The position numbers and the translations under genes are program-made. Positions 18,139 to 26,218 of a stretch of 27,089 bases of DNA are shown piece after piece. The DNA is from Candidatus Hydrogenedentota bacterium (GTDB lineage Bacteria; Hydrogenedentota; Hydrogenedentia; Hydrogenedentales; SLHB01). Under the pieces are notes generated by a model. That model did no database searches. It saw only the letters and a list, made by a program, of their open reading frames with translations, and was not told where the DNA came from. The DNA is taken from positions 1-27,089 of the forward strand of contig CAVUWV010000016.1 in the NCBI GenBank assembly GCA_963745075.1, read 5' to 3'. Numbering within the stretch: position 1 is the stretch's first letter; the number at the start of each line of letters is the position of its first letter.

Positions 18139-19861
18139 ATGCAGTTGTGCCGTTTCTTTATACACTTGTTTCTCACGGCCGTCCTGGTAACCATGGTCTG
18201 CATGACACCATTCGCGCACGCGCAACTCGAATCCATTCCGGACAAGACCGTTGTGCTTACCTTCGACGACTCGGTGAAATCCCACATCACGAATGTCGCG
18301 CCCTTGCTCAAGGACTACGGATTCGGCGCCACGTTCTTTATTACGGAATGCTGGATGTCCGACACGGAAAACTTCATGTCCTGGGACGACGTCGCGGAAC
18401 TGAATCGTATGGGCTTCGAGATTGGAAACCATACCTGGAACCACGCCGGCATGAGTTCCCCAAAAAGCGTGGCCCATCTTGCCGGGACAACTTGCCCTCG
18501 TCGAGTCGGCATTGAAGAAAGTCGGTGTGCCAAAACCTGTGAGTTTCGCCTGGCCGGGCAACGGCTTTTCGCCGGAGGGTGTCGACGTGCTCCGCGCCAA
18601 CGGGTATCTTTTCGCGCGGCGCGGCATGCAGCCGGAAATCCCCTACGGAAAGATCGAACCCGGCCCCCTCTACGATCCGGCGCGCTACGATCCCCTGCTG
18701 ATACCGTCCGCTGGTGATGCGTATCCCGAATGGACGCCGGATGACTTCAAACGCGTTGTCGACCGCGCAAAGGACAGCCAAATCGCTATCGTCCAGTTTC
18801 ACGGGGTGCCGGATATCGCCCATCCCTGGGTGCACACCCCGCCCGAACGGTTCAAGGAGTACATGGCCTATCTGAAAGACGGCGGATTCAACGTGATTGC
18901 CATGCGCGATCTCGCGCGTTACGTGAATCCCGCCGCGGGGCCCGACGATGCGATGACCCGCGTCCGCTACGGCAGCCGCACCATCGAACTGCCGCCGGAA
19001 GTCGCCGCGACGCGGGCGAACCTCGGGTTCTGGTTGCCGAACATGTTGTTCGACCACGGCTACACGGTCGAAGAGGCCGCGTTGACCTGTGCGTACTCCC
19101 CAGAGGAGATGCAGGCCAAGATCGATGCGTTCGAATTCAAACTCTCGGAGAAGAACAGCGGTTCCATCAAGCTCCGTCCCTATCCCGGTGGACGACACCC
19201 GCGAATCGGTTTCCTCGAAGGCGCCATCGATCCCATGCGCGGGACCAAAATCAGTGTGTTTCCACCGTGGGAGAATGGCGGCTACGTCGTCGTGGATCTG
19301 CCGGAAGCCATTTTCAGCAACCTGGGGCTGACGTATCTCGCCCACACGCACGTCCCGACCATCTGGGATGAACAACACACGTTTATCGATAACGTTGACT
19401 GGACGGCCCGCCAGGGCGGTGGCTGGGAAAACGCGTGGCGGTTACCGAATGACATACGCTTCGGCGGTTCCGCAGTGCCGGACGAGAACGGCGTGAACTT
19501 CACGCTTTGGTTGGAGAATGGCACGGACGAAGCGCTCACCGATCTGAGGACGCAAGTGTGCCTGATGCTGAAAGGTGCCGTCGGATTTAACGAGCAACGG
19601 GAAGATGGCCGCCGATTCGAAGACGGCGTCGCCGCCATTCAGTCAGACGACGGACACCGCTGGATCCTGGTCGCTTTCAATCGCTACGGCCGCGTATGGG
19701 GTAATCCACCGGTTCCGTGCATCCATTCCGACCCTATCCTGCCCGACGCCGCGCCGGGGCAACGCGTGGAGGTTATGGGTCGCGTCTGGTTTTACGAAGG
19801 CGACGACATCGATGGTGAAATCGCCCACGCACAACAGTCGATTGCGCCGGCTGCGGAGTGA
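18139..19861 (+). pseudogene. Secreted polysaccharide deacetylase (CE4/NodB) with C-terminal extension, split by a single +1 frameshift near 18484-18487
   Basis: First frame has a signal peptide, VLTFDD and EIGNHTWNH; second frame continues QLALVESAL...SFAWPG...QFHGVPD. Deleting one G from GCC GGG A CAA gives ...HLAGQLAL... in one ORF. Confidence 0.8.
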
Positions 19862-19930
19862 CATCCGGTGGTACGCAGCATTCCAGACGACCTTGCCCAA
19901 ATAAACTGAAGTCGCTATTGCGGAAACTGC

Positions 19931-21019
19931 TTATATGCCAAGTGCCGATGGTGTTCCGAGAAAGCCGTCGCTCCAGAAGACTGGTTCGTAGCCACGTTCG
20001 TGGACCCATTGCACAGCCGTACGGACTTTATTCATCACGGTCGGTTGGAAATACGACAACTCCTTGCGGAAATACTGTTCGTGGATCAATAACTCCACCA
20101 TTTCCGACGTATGCGTTGTCGCCGTCCGCGCATTCAGAAACGGCACGACCTCTTCCACTTCCAGAAGATTCACAACCGATGTGCAACGGATAAAGAATAG
20201 TCCTGTCTCGCGGTCGTACCACGCGCCGCGGCTGTCGCAATACGCGCACTGCGCGAAGCCGTGGTAATACCCCGTCGTGCATTCGCCGTTCACAATCTCG
20301 AACAGGCCCACGAGTTGTTCGATCCCGCGGTCGCGCACAGCGACGATGGCCTCTTTCGGGCACTCCGCCCAATGGGTGGTGGTTGTCGTGCTCAAGACTT
20401 CGTTGCCCGCGAACCGGCGGATGTGCCCGCAAACGAGATCGTAGTCGTGGGCGATTTGCGCGTATTTTGCGTGGCGGTAGGGCCGGTCCGGCTTGTCCTG
20501 CAATGCGTGGAAGCTCAGATGGAGCCAATGCGCGTTGGCCTGCCACTCTTCCTTCCACTTCGCCGGCATTTGCGTCAGGTCGAATCCATCCGTCTGGTAG
20601 TAGATGTTGAGATGAACCTTCGTGCCGTACGTTTCATGGAGTTCCCGCCAGAATGCCAGATACCAATGATCGAACAGCGACTTGTAACGATCCGGTTCGG
20701 TCCCCAGGTCTTTTAGAAACTCGATGTTGTCGTCGACGGAGAATCGGTATCGTGGTTTGCTGTCCCGGTTCCACCAGACCTGGATCTCCTCGGACGCGCC
20801 GTCCGCCTCGGCGGTGATGATATTTCGCTGCTGTGTCAACTCGACGATGCACGCAAAGGCGCCCTTCGTCACCGGTGCGGTGATGCCGTTCACAGTTGCC
20901 GACTTCGCGCTCGTCTTTCCTTCTACCTGGACGAGCAGTCCTGCCGAAGTTTCGTTCCCGTCATTCCGGTTCAATACATCCCCATCTCGGGGTGATGTGA
21001 TTTTGATCGTTGTGCTCAT
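19931..21019 (-). CDS. Hypothetical protein: N-terminal Ig-like domain plus a polysaccharide-deacetylase-like barrel
   Basis: ITSPRDGDVL...ATVNG...NIITAEA Ig-like pattern; YRFSVDDN, LHLSFHA and LLIHEQY motifs resemble the NodB-type metal-binding arrangement. Confidence 0.6.
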   Translation of the reverse strand: MSTTIKITSPRDGDVLNRNDGNETSAGLLVQVEGKTSAKSATVNGITAPVTKGAFACIVELTQQRNIITAEADGASEEIQVWWNRDSKPRYRFSVDDNIEFLKDLGTEPDRYKSLFDHWYLAFWRELHETYGTKVHLNIYYQTDGFDLTQMPAKWKEEWQANAHWLHLSFHALQDKPDRPYRHAKYAQIAHDYDLVCGHIRRFAGNEVLSTTTTTHWAECPKEAIVAVRDRGIEQLVGLFEIVNGECTTGYYHGFAQCAYCDSRGAWYDRETGLFFIRCTSVVNLLEVEEVVPFLNARTATTHTSEMVELLIHEQYFRKELSYFQPTVMNKVRTAVQWVHERGYEPVFWSDGFLGTPSALGI

Positions 21020-21093
21020 CTGCGAATTCCCCCAACCATTGACTCAACCATATTCCCTCCAACTGATTCTAGCCAACCAGAGGAAATGTCTTA

Positions 21094-21247
21094 ACGAGGG
21101 CGGTTATCCAACCCGCCTTGCCAAGGAATGCATTGACCCGCAAAACGTCGCAGTAAAGGCCGCCCCAAATAGAGTTTCTTGCGAATGACGTGGACCCCGC
21201 TCTTCCGGGCAGGCATCCGTAAGGCGGCTACGAAACCCCGCCCTCGT
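21094..21247. repeat. Inverted pair of REP-like palindromes (REPIN-like)
   Basis: 21094-21119 ACGAGGGCGG-TTATCCAAC-CCGCCTT versus reverse complement of 21221-21247 ACGAGGGCGG-GGTTTCGTAG-CCGCCTT; each is itself a hairpin. Confidence 0.6.
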
Positions 21248-21520
21248 ACGCCTTCGAGCGTACCCCGCCAGAGTGGTGTGAGTCCACTCCTGAACGGCGT
21301 CTTTACATCAGAAGCCGAACGGAACTGCGTCGCCGCGAGGCAGGGTGGGGAGTAGCGGAAGGCGAACGACCAGTCCGTAGGAATACGAACTCGATTTGGC
21401 CTTGCCGCTTGGCGAGACTCCGAGGGATGCACGAAGCCTGGAACGAACCGGCCACGCTGATGGCTTAAAAGACCAACTGCTGACCCCGGGGCCTCACGGT
21501 AACCGGGAGTCCAGGCAGGC

Positions 21521-21937
21521 GCCAGCAAGACGGATGAGGGATTCGACTCCCTCGGCTACCGCTTCCAACGGACCCGCAAGGGCAAGATAACGCGCTGGCC
21601 GAACGACAAGGCCATCAGCAAGCTGCGCCACCGCGTGCGCCCGCTGACCAAGCGCACCAACGGCCACAGCATGCAGGCCATCATCGCACATCTCAACCCG
21701 GTGCTTCGAGGATGGTTTGAATACTTCAAACACAGCGATCAATGCACCCTCGCAGAAGTAGACGGCTGGGTCCGGGGACGCCTGCGCAGCATATTGCGCA
21801 AACGCCATAAAGGAAAAGGCAAGGGCCGGGGAACAGACCACTTCAAATGGCCAAACCGCTACTTTGCGAAGCTCGGGCTATCCACGCTTGAAACGGCCTG
21901 GGCAGACGCCAGACCGTCACTTCGGCGCAACCACTGA
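21521..21937 (+). pseudogene. ltrA: C-terminal fragment of group II intron reverse transcriptase/maturase (RT7 plus X/thumb, no endonuclease domain)
   Basis: EGFDSLGYRF (degenerate GFDFLGY), LNPVLRGWFEYF, VDGWVRGRLRSIL and WPNRYF; RT0-6 including YADD absent; in-frame stop at 21500-21502. Confidence 0.85.
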
Positions 21938-21942
21938 ACGGA

Positions 21943-22017
21943 GAGCCGTATGCGGGAGAACCGCACGTACGGTTCGCGGGGAGGAGGGGCCGGCCCACCG
22001 GCCTTCCCTACCCCTAT
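21943..22017 (+). ncRNA. Group II intron catalytic domain V and branch domain VI
   Basis: GAGCCGTATGCGGGAGAACCGCACGTACGGTTC (AGC triad, AC bulge), then a GC-rich DVI hairpin with candidate bulged A and AT terminus. Confidence 0.92.
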
Positions 22018-22028
22018 CTTGAAGGCGC

Positions 22029-22612
22029 TTATATGCCGGCGGGGAATTCCCTGCACCATTCCTTTACCGAGACGTGGACGGTTTCGCTGTTCCGGGGCAG
22101 ATCGGCGAAGGTTTCGTCGACCACTTCGTCCAAAGCTCGCGTCGCTTGCGGGCTACGATGACGCACGAGACCACGGCCTGCGTATCCCCCTGAACCACGA
22201 CCGTCGCGCGAACGAAAAGGAAACTCCGTTTGAACAACCACTGGCGCATATGTTCCGTGTCGAGGTAGTCGCGGGGGCTTTGCCAGGTGTCTACGCTCAG
22301 GCACACCTTGGGGCACCGTGTCTTCTCAAAAACGGGGCACAGCGAAATACCGCCAGTCGAAATTGCGACGATGAGGTCCGGTTCCGACCTCGGGGGCAGC
22401 AGATTGACCAGCACCACGTCCGGACGCAATTCGGTTTCGATGTCGGTCGGAGTGAAGGAATCGTAGAGATAGCCGAGGTTGTAGCGATTCAATACGTCGC
22501 GGGTGATGTTTGGGCCGATGGTGAGCACTTCGCCGCGGCGCCGTCGAAAACCCTGCACGTGGTGGCGCGTCCAGCCGTAGGGTTCCCCTTTGGTGAGGAT
22601 GCAGACGCGCAT
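22029..22612 (-). pseudogene. Decayed glycosyltransferase (CgeB/YkvP-like N-terminus), frameshifted and probably internally deleted
   Basis: MRVCIL...PDLIVAIS...CPKVCLSVDTWQSPRDY; continuation Y..VVVQTEF.FVRAT is scattered over two frames; no catalytic C-terminal GT domain; TAA at 22029-22031 in another frame. Confidence 0.55.
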
Positions 22613-22647
22613 CGACTACAACGCGCCATGTAAGAAACCCGGAGCCG

Positions 22648-22675
22648 TGGATTCCCCCGTTCGCGGGATTGACGG
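22648..22675 (-). repeat. CGTC-tagged REP-like palindrome (ATTCCC-N8-GGGAAT type)
   Basis: TGGATTCCC-CCGTTCGC-GGGATTGACGG; minus strand begins CCGTC; one mismatch to the ATTCCC-N8-GGGAAT core. Confidence 0.6.
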
Positions 22676-22720
22676 TTCGGGAATTTGATACGTTCCACTC
22701 TTTCTCGTACCGAGCGGTTG

Positions 22721-23455
22721 CTACCCTCCGGTTTGTTCGGTCCCCTCCTTCGCTTGTGCCTGAATCCGCACGTACAGGTCAAATTCGTCCTGATTTCGCA
22801 CGGCGCCGAAGAAAGCCGAATACGGTTCAAATCCGAACTCGGAAAAGCGGAACCGGCCCACGGCCTCGACGTTCAGCTCGCCGTTTTCGATATCGACGTT
22901 CGCCCGTACGGCGCGCTCGACGGTTTTGCCGTGGACGGTGAAGCGGATGGTCGCCGCGTGCGCGAAGGTCTTTTCCCCTGCGGTGGGTTTGATGGAAGGG
23001 ACAGACGATATGGACTGTATAGAGACGAGTTCGGCCTTGATTTCGGGATACTGTTCGGCATCGAGTTGTCCCTTGTCGAGCATGTGCTCGCGGATGGACG
23101 TGCGGTCCGATTTGGACAATTCCGAGAACGGCGTGTCGAGGATCCCGGCGGCTTTGATCGCGGGGTACCACTGCTTCTGGGCCTCGGCGATGTCCGGCGC
23201 CAATTCGGTTACCGGGAATTGCAACAGGAACGACAGGTCGTTAAGGGTTCCCGTTGCGCTGCTGATTTCACAGGAGTAGGTCTTCGGCACGATCAGATGG
23301 TTGTGTGCCATTCGCGCCGCGATCCCGGCTTTGTGCGTTACAACCGCGAAGACGCTATGCTCCGTATCGACCGTGTAGGAAACGGGTTCGGCGAGGGCAC
23401 GAAGCACGAACACCAATAATACGCTCACGATTGCGCAGGCGTGGATCAACTTCAT
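22721..23455 (-). CDS. YceI-like secreted lipid/polyisoprenoid-binding protein
   Basis: Signal peptide MKLIHACA...ALA; YTVDTEHS, LDAEQYPEI, FTVHGKT and FSEFGFEP motifs; GGAG upstream of ATG 23455. Confidence 0.82.
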   Translation of the reverse strand: MKLIHACAIVSVLLVFVLRALAEPVSYTVDTEHSVFAVVTHKAGIAARMAHNHLIVPKTYSCEISSATGTLNDLSFLLQFPVTELAPDIAEAQKQWYPAIKAAGILDTPFSELSKSDRTSIREHMLDKGQLDAEQYPEIKAELVSIQSISSVPSIKPTAGEKTFAHAATIRFTVHGKTVERAVRANVDIENGELNVEAVGRFRFSEFGFEPYSAFFGAVRNQDEFDLYVRIQAQAKEGTEQTGG

Positions 23456-23529
23456 AGTGACTAGTCTCCGGTCGTCTGGCTGGGGTTTACCATTCCTTTG
23501 ATTCTTGGCGAGGACCATGCCATGTCGGA

Positions 23530-23565
23530 ATCGGACGGATCCGACCGATCGGACTGATCCGTCCG
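23530..23565. repeat. Palindromic repeat of four 9-bp units just after the serine hydrolase stop
   Basis: TCGGACGGA TCCGACCGA TCGGACTGA TCCGTCCG; outer stem CGGACGGATC/GATCCGTCCG; inner palindrome CCGATCGG. Confidence 0.75.
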
Positions 23566-23566
23566 C

Positions 23567-26161
23567 TCAGGTATTCATTCCTTCGGCCACGGTCTGAATG
23601 AACTTTCCGTGGTATTCGCCAAACTTTGGCCCACCCGAGTTGCGTGTCATGACAATAACCAGATCGTTCACGGGATCGATGCGAAGCGTCGCCGAAGATG
23701 CCGCGCCGTGCCCGAAGGTCTGGTCGCTCAGCCCATCGCCGCGGATCCAGACGCAGCCGATCCCCCATTCGACGTTCGTGTCGAACTTCACGTAGGGCGC
23801 CAGTTTGACCGGCAAGAGCTTATTGTAGGTTTCTTCGCTGAAGAAGCGCATGTTGCCATAGGCGCCCTTGTTCAACATCAGCTGCCCGAACGTCGCGATA
23901 TCGAGGGGTGTGCTGAACGTCCGCGCAGCGCCGTCGACGGAGTCGGTATGGTCGCAGCCGAGCGGGCCCCATAAGTGCTTACGAAAGAGTTGGGGCAACG
24001 CTTCGCCCGTAATCGTTTCCATCACCTTGCCGCCGAGGGCGTAGCCGACGCCGTTGTAGCCCAGGCGCGAGCCGACCTCGAGATACGGGTAGTAGTCCGC
24101 AAGCACGTATTCGAGATCGTTGTGGTCGTCGCCCCAGTGGTCGTAGTATTCGCGGGGCGGACGCAGACCGAGCGCGAAACCGTTGGTGTGGGTGTACAGG
24201 TGACGGATGGTCAACGGCGTCTTCACGTCGATGCCGCGAAACTCGGGGAGGTACGTGTCGACGGGCGCGTCGAGATCGACCAGCCCCTGGTCCACCAACG
24301 TCATCATGAGCGTGCCGGACAGGAATTTTGATATCGACGCCATCCAGCTTTTCGTGTCAGCCGTGATGGGCTGGCCGTCCCGTTGGCCGAAGGCCTTGCG
24401 GTAGTAGACGACCCCGTGGCGCGTGAGACACACGGCGAAGGGTTCGCCGCTGGCCTCGACCCACTCGTTCAACAGGGCGTCGAGTTTTCCGACCACTTCC
24501 GGTTTCATCCCCGCTTCTTCGGGCGTGCCTTCACGCAGCACCGTGGCCGGTTCGCCTTCCTTTTCGCGGGGGCATACAAAGTCGTTGGAATAGACCTTGT
24601 CCATGCCGGTCAGCTTGCGCTTGAGCCCGAGCCACCACTGCCGGTCCGCAGCCCACACATCGCTCGCCACGGTCACGGGATTCATCTCCGGGGCGCTCTC
24701 GTACAATCCCGCCAAGAGCGTGGCGCTCGCATGATCGTCCGCCACGCTTTCCTCGACGAGGTTACCGACGAATTTGCCAATGGCTTCGGCCTGCGGTGCC
24801 TGGACCGAAGGATCGATGCCGAGCGTCGGCGGCAGGTCGAGCGTAGTCCCCTTCCGCTGGAACCACCATTGAAACATGGGATTGTATCCGTCCGGCGCGC
24901 GGAACAACGTGAAATACCGCGTCAACGGTTTGCCGTACTCTTGTGTGATTTCGACGACGGCCCCGTAACGGCCCGGTTGTTCCGCGCGATCGACGACGTT
25001 GTAGTCGCGGTCGTAATACGTGGTCTTGAACGTGGTCACGCCGAGCAGCTTTTCGGCGAGCAGCGGCTGCGTGAACGACGGTTCAGGCAATTCATCTCCG
25101 CGAAACACCGGCGGCTTCAGCACGATGGGCAGGAACATGATCCGTTGCGCGCGGATTACGTCGGCGTCGGGGAGGGAGACTGTGCCCAGTTCGGTCCGAT
25201 GGAAGCGGATGACGTACGTGGGCGCGTCCAGGCCGCGCTCGGGCATGTCGAACAGCAGATCGGCAATGGCGAAACCACCGTCCCCGTGGAAGGTTCCCTT
25301 AGATACCTTCGCGCGGCCTTCGCGGACTTTGATATTCTTGTCCAGGAATTCACGGGTGGCGACCACGTGCAGATGGGTCCGCAAGGCATCCTCGTATCGG
25401 CCGGATACGCGCGCCACCACGGGCGGACTCGCCTTCTTCGCGAGCCGGATTCGGTACATGGCGTTTGTGTTGTATTGCGAATTCGTCTCGGGATACCAGA
25501 CCAGTTGGCGGCGCGGCTCATCGCGTCCGTCCACATCGTTGACGTAGAGTTGAAAGGCAAGTTCACGACCGATTTCGGGTGTGATGTTGAGGTTGCACCA
25601 TGGCAGCAGGATGTCGATTTGGTGAAGCGGATACTTTACGAATTTGTGCCCCCCGTCATCAGAAATATCATAGCCGTGGTCGAAAGAAACAACCGGCTCA
25701 ACTTCAATCGCTAGCTTCTCGCGCGGCTCGTATTGGCGAAGGTCCACGAGTTTCGTGCGCACGCCTCCAGGCGCGAGCTCGAGTCCGGTCGCAATAATCG
25801 CTTGATATCGATCTTTTCCACCGCGCTCGGTTGCCAAGAACAATTCGATCGAATCGCCTTCCGAAAGCGCCTCGTCGTTATCACTCGGGTGGCCGATGTC
25901 ATCCGTACAGTTTACGAATACGCGGAGCCCGAGTTCGTCCCATCCAAGTTGGAATGAACTGCCTGAGTCCGCCGGCGGATAAGGCCTTCCATCGACGGGG
26001 ATAAGTAGGTCCACACGGAATCCTTCATGGCCCCAATCTCCCCGTTTAGAGACGTCAACCTGCGGCACGTCGTAAACCGGGTCCTCCTGCGCGCGTAGCG
26101 GCAGTGCGATGGCAAGTGTCATAATCGCGAGGATGAATGCGTTGCGAAGTCGTGAAATCAT
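23567..26161 (-). CDS. Secreted serine hydrolase (beta-lactamase class C/AmpC-like) with an N-terminal CBM9/DOMON-like domain
   Basis: Signal peptide; N-terminal FQLGWD..GL.VFV..TDD...GDSIELF...FQLYVNDVD; C-terminal MASISK (SxxK), LTIRHLYTHT, GYNGVGY and FGHG; GGGGAG upstream of ATG 26161. Confidence 0.85.
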   Translation of the reverse strand: MISRLRNAFILAIMTLAIALPLRAQEDPVYDVPQVDVSKRGDWGHEGFRVDLLIPVDGRPYPPADSGSSFQLGWDELGLRVFVNCTDDIGHPSDNDEALSEGDSIELFLATERGGKDRYQAIIATGLELAPGGVRTKLVDLRQYEPREKLAIEVEPVVSFDHGYDISDDGGHKFVKYPLHQIDILLPWCNLNITPEIGRELAFQLYVNDVDGRDEPRRQLVWYPETNSQYNTNAMYRIRLAKKASPPVVARVSGRYEDALRTHLHVVATREFLDKNIKVREGRAKVSKGTFHGDGGFAIADLLFDMPERGLDAPTYVIRFHRTELGTVSLPDADVIRAQRIMFLPIVLKPPVFRGDELPEPSFTQPLLAEKLLGVTTFKTTYYDRDYNVVDRAEQPGRYGAVVEITQEYGKPLTRYFTLFRAPDGYNPMFQWWFQRKGTTLDLPPTLGIDPSVQAPQAEAIGKFVGNLVEESVADDHASATLLAGLYESAPEMNPVTVASDVWAADRQWWLGLKRKLTGMDKVYSNDFVCPREKEGEPATVLREGTPEEAGMKPEVVGKLDALLNEWVEASGEPFAVCLTRHGVVYYRKAFGQRDGQPITADTKSWMASISKFLSGTLMMTLVDQGLVDLDAPVDTYLPEFRGIDVKTPLTIRHLYTHTNGFALGLRPPREYYDHWGDDHNDLEYVLADYYPYLEVGSRLGYNGVGYALGGKVMETITGEALPQLFRKHLWGPLGCDHTDSVDGAARTFSTPLDIATFGQLMLNKGAYGNMRFFSEETYNKLLPVKLAPYVKFDTNVEWGIGCVWIRGDGLSDQTFGHGAASSATLRIDPVNDLVIVMTRNSGGPKFGEYHGKFIQTVAEGMNT

Positions 26162-26218
26162 CGGTATCTCCCCGTGGACGGTTCCCGGTTGGTGCTGGCT
26201 CGTTGGAAACAATAGGCC

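Larger units (their letters stand above)
21256..22017 (+). mobile_element. Group II intron (IIB-type domain V), internally deleted, non-autonomous remnant
   Basis: 5' GAGCG followed by domain-I-like GAGTGGTGTGAGTCCACTC; RT/maturase C-terminal remnant; canonical DV and DVI ending CCCCTAT. Excision rejoins a perfect CGCCTTC/GAAGGCG stem, which supports both boundaries. Confidence 0.85.

Noticed and set aside
21358..21364. GAAGGCG as EBS1 pairing with the 5' exon CGCCTTC
   Set aside because: Complementary, but only about 100 nt into the intron in what looks like the Ic stem rather than the Id3 loop; cannot be assigned without a structure model.
21521..21937. RT fragment as a retron, DGR or defence RT
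   Set aside because: Maturase motifs plus adjacent domains V and VI identify it as group II intron-derived; no catalytic YADD, template/variable repeats or partner genes.
23530..23565. CRISPR-like array or tRNA
   Set aside because: The units are contiguous 9-mers without spacers; no cas genes; no cloverleaf seen anywhere in the window.
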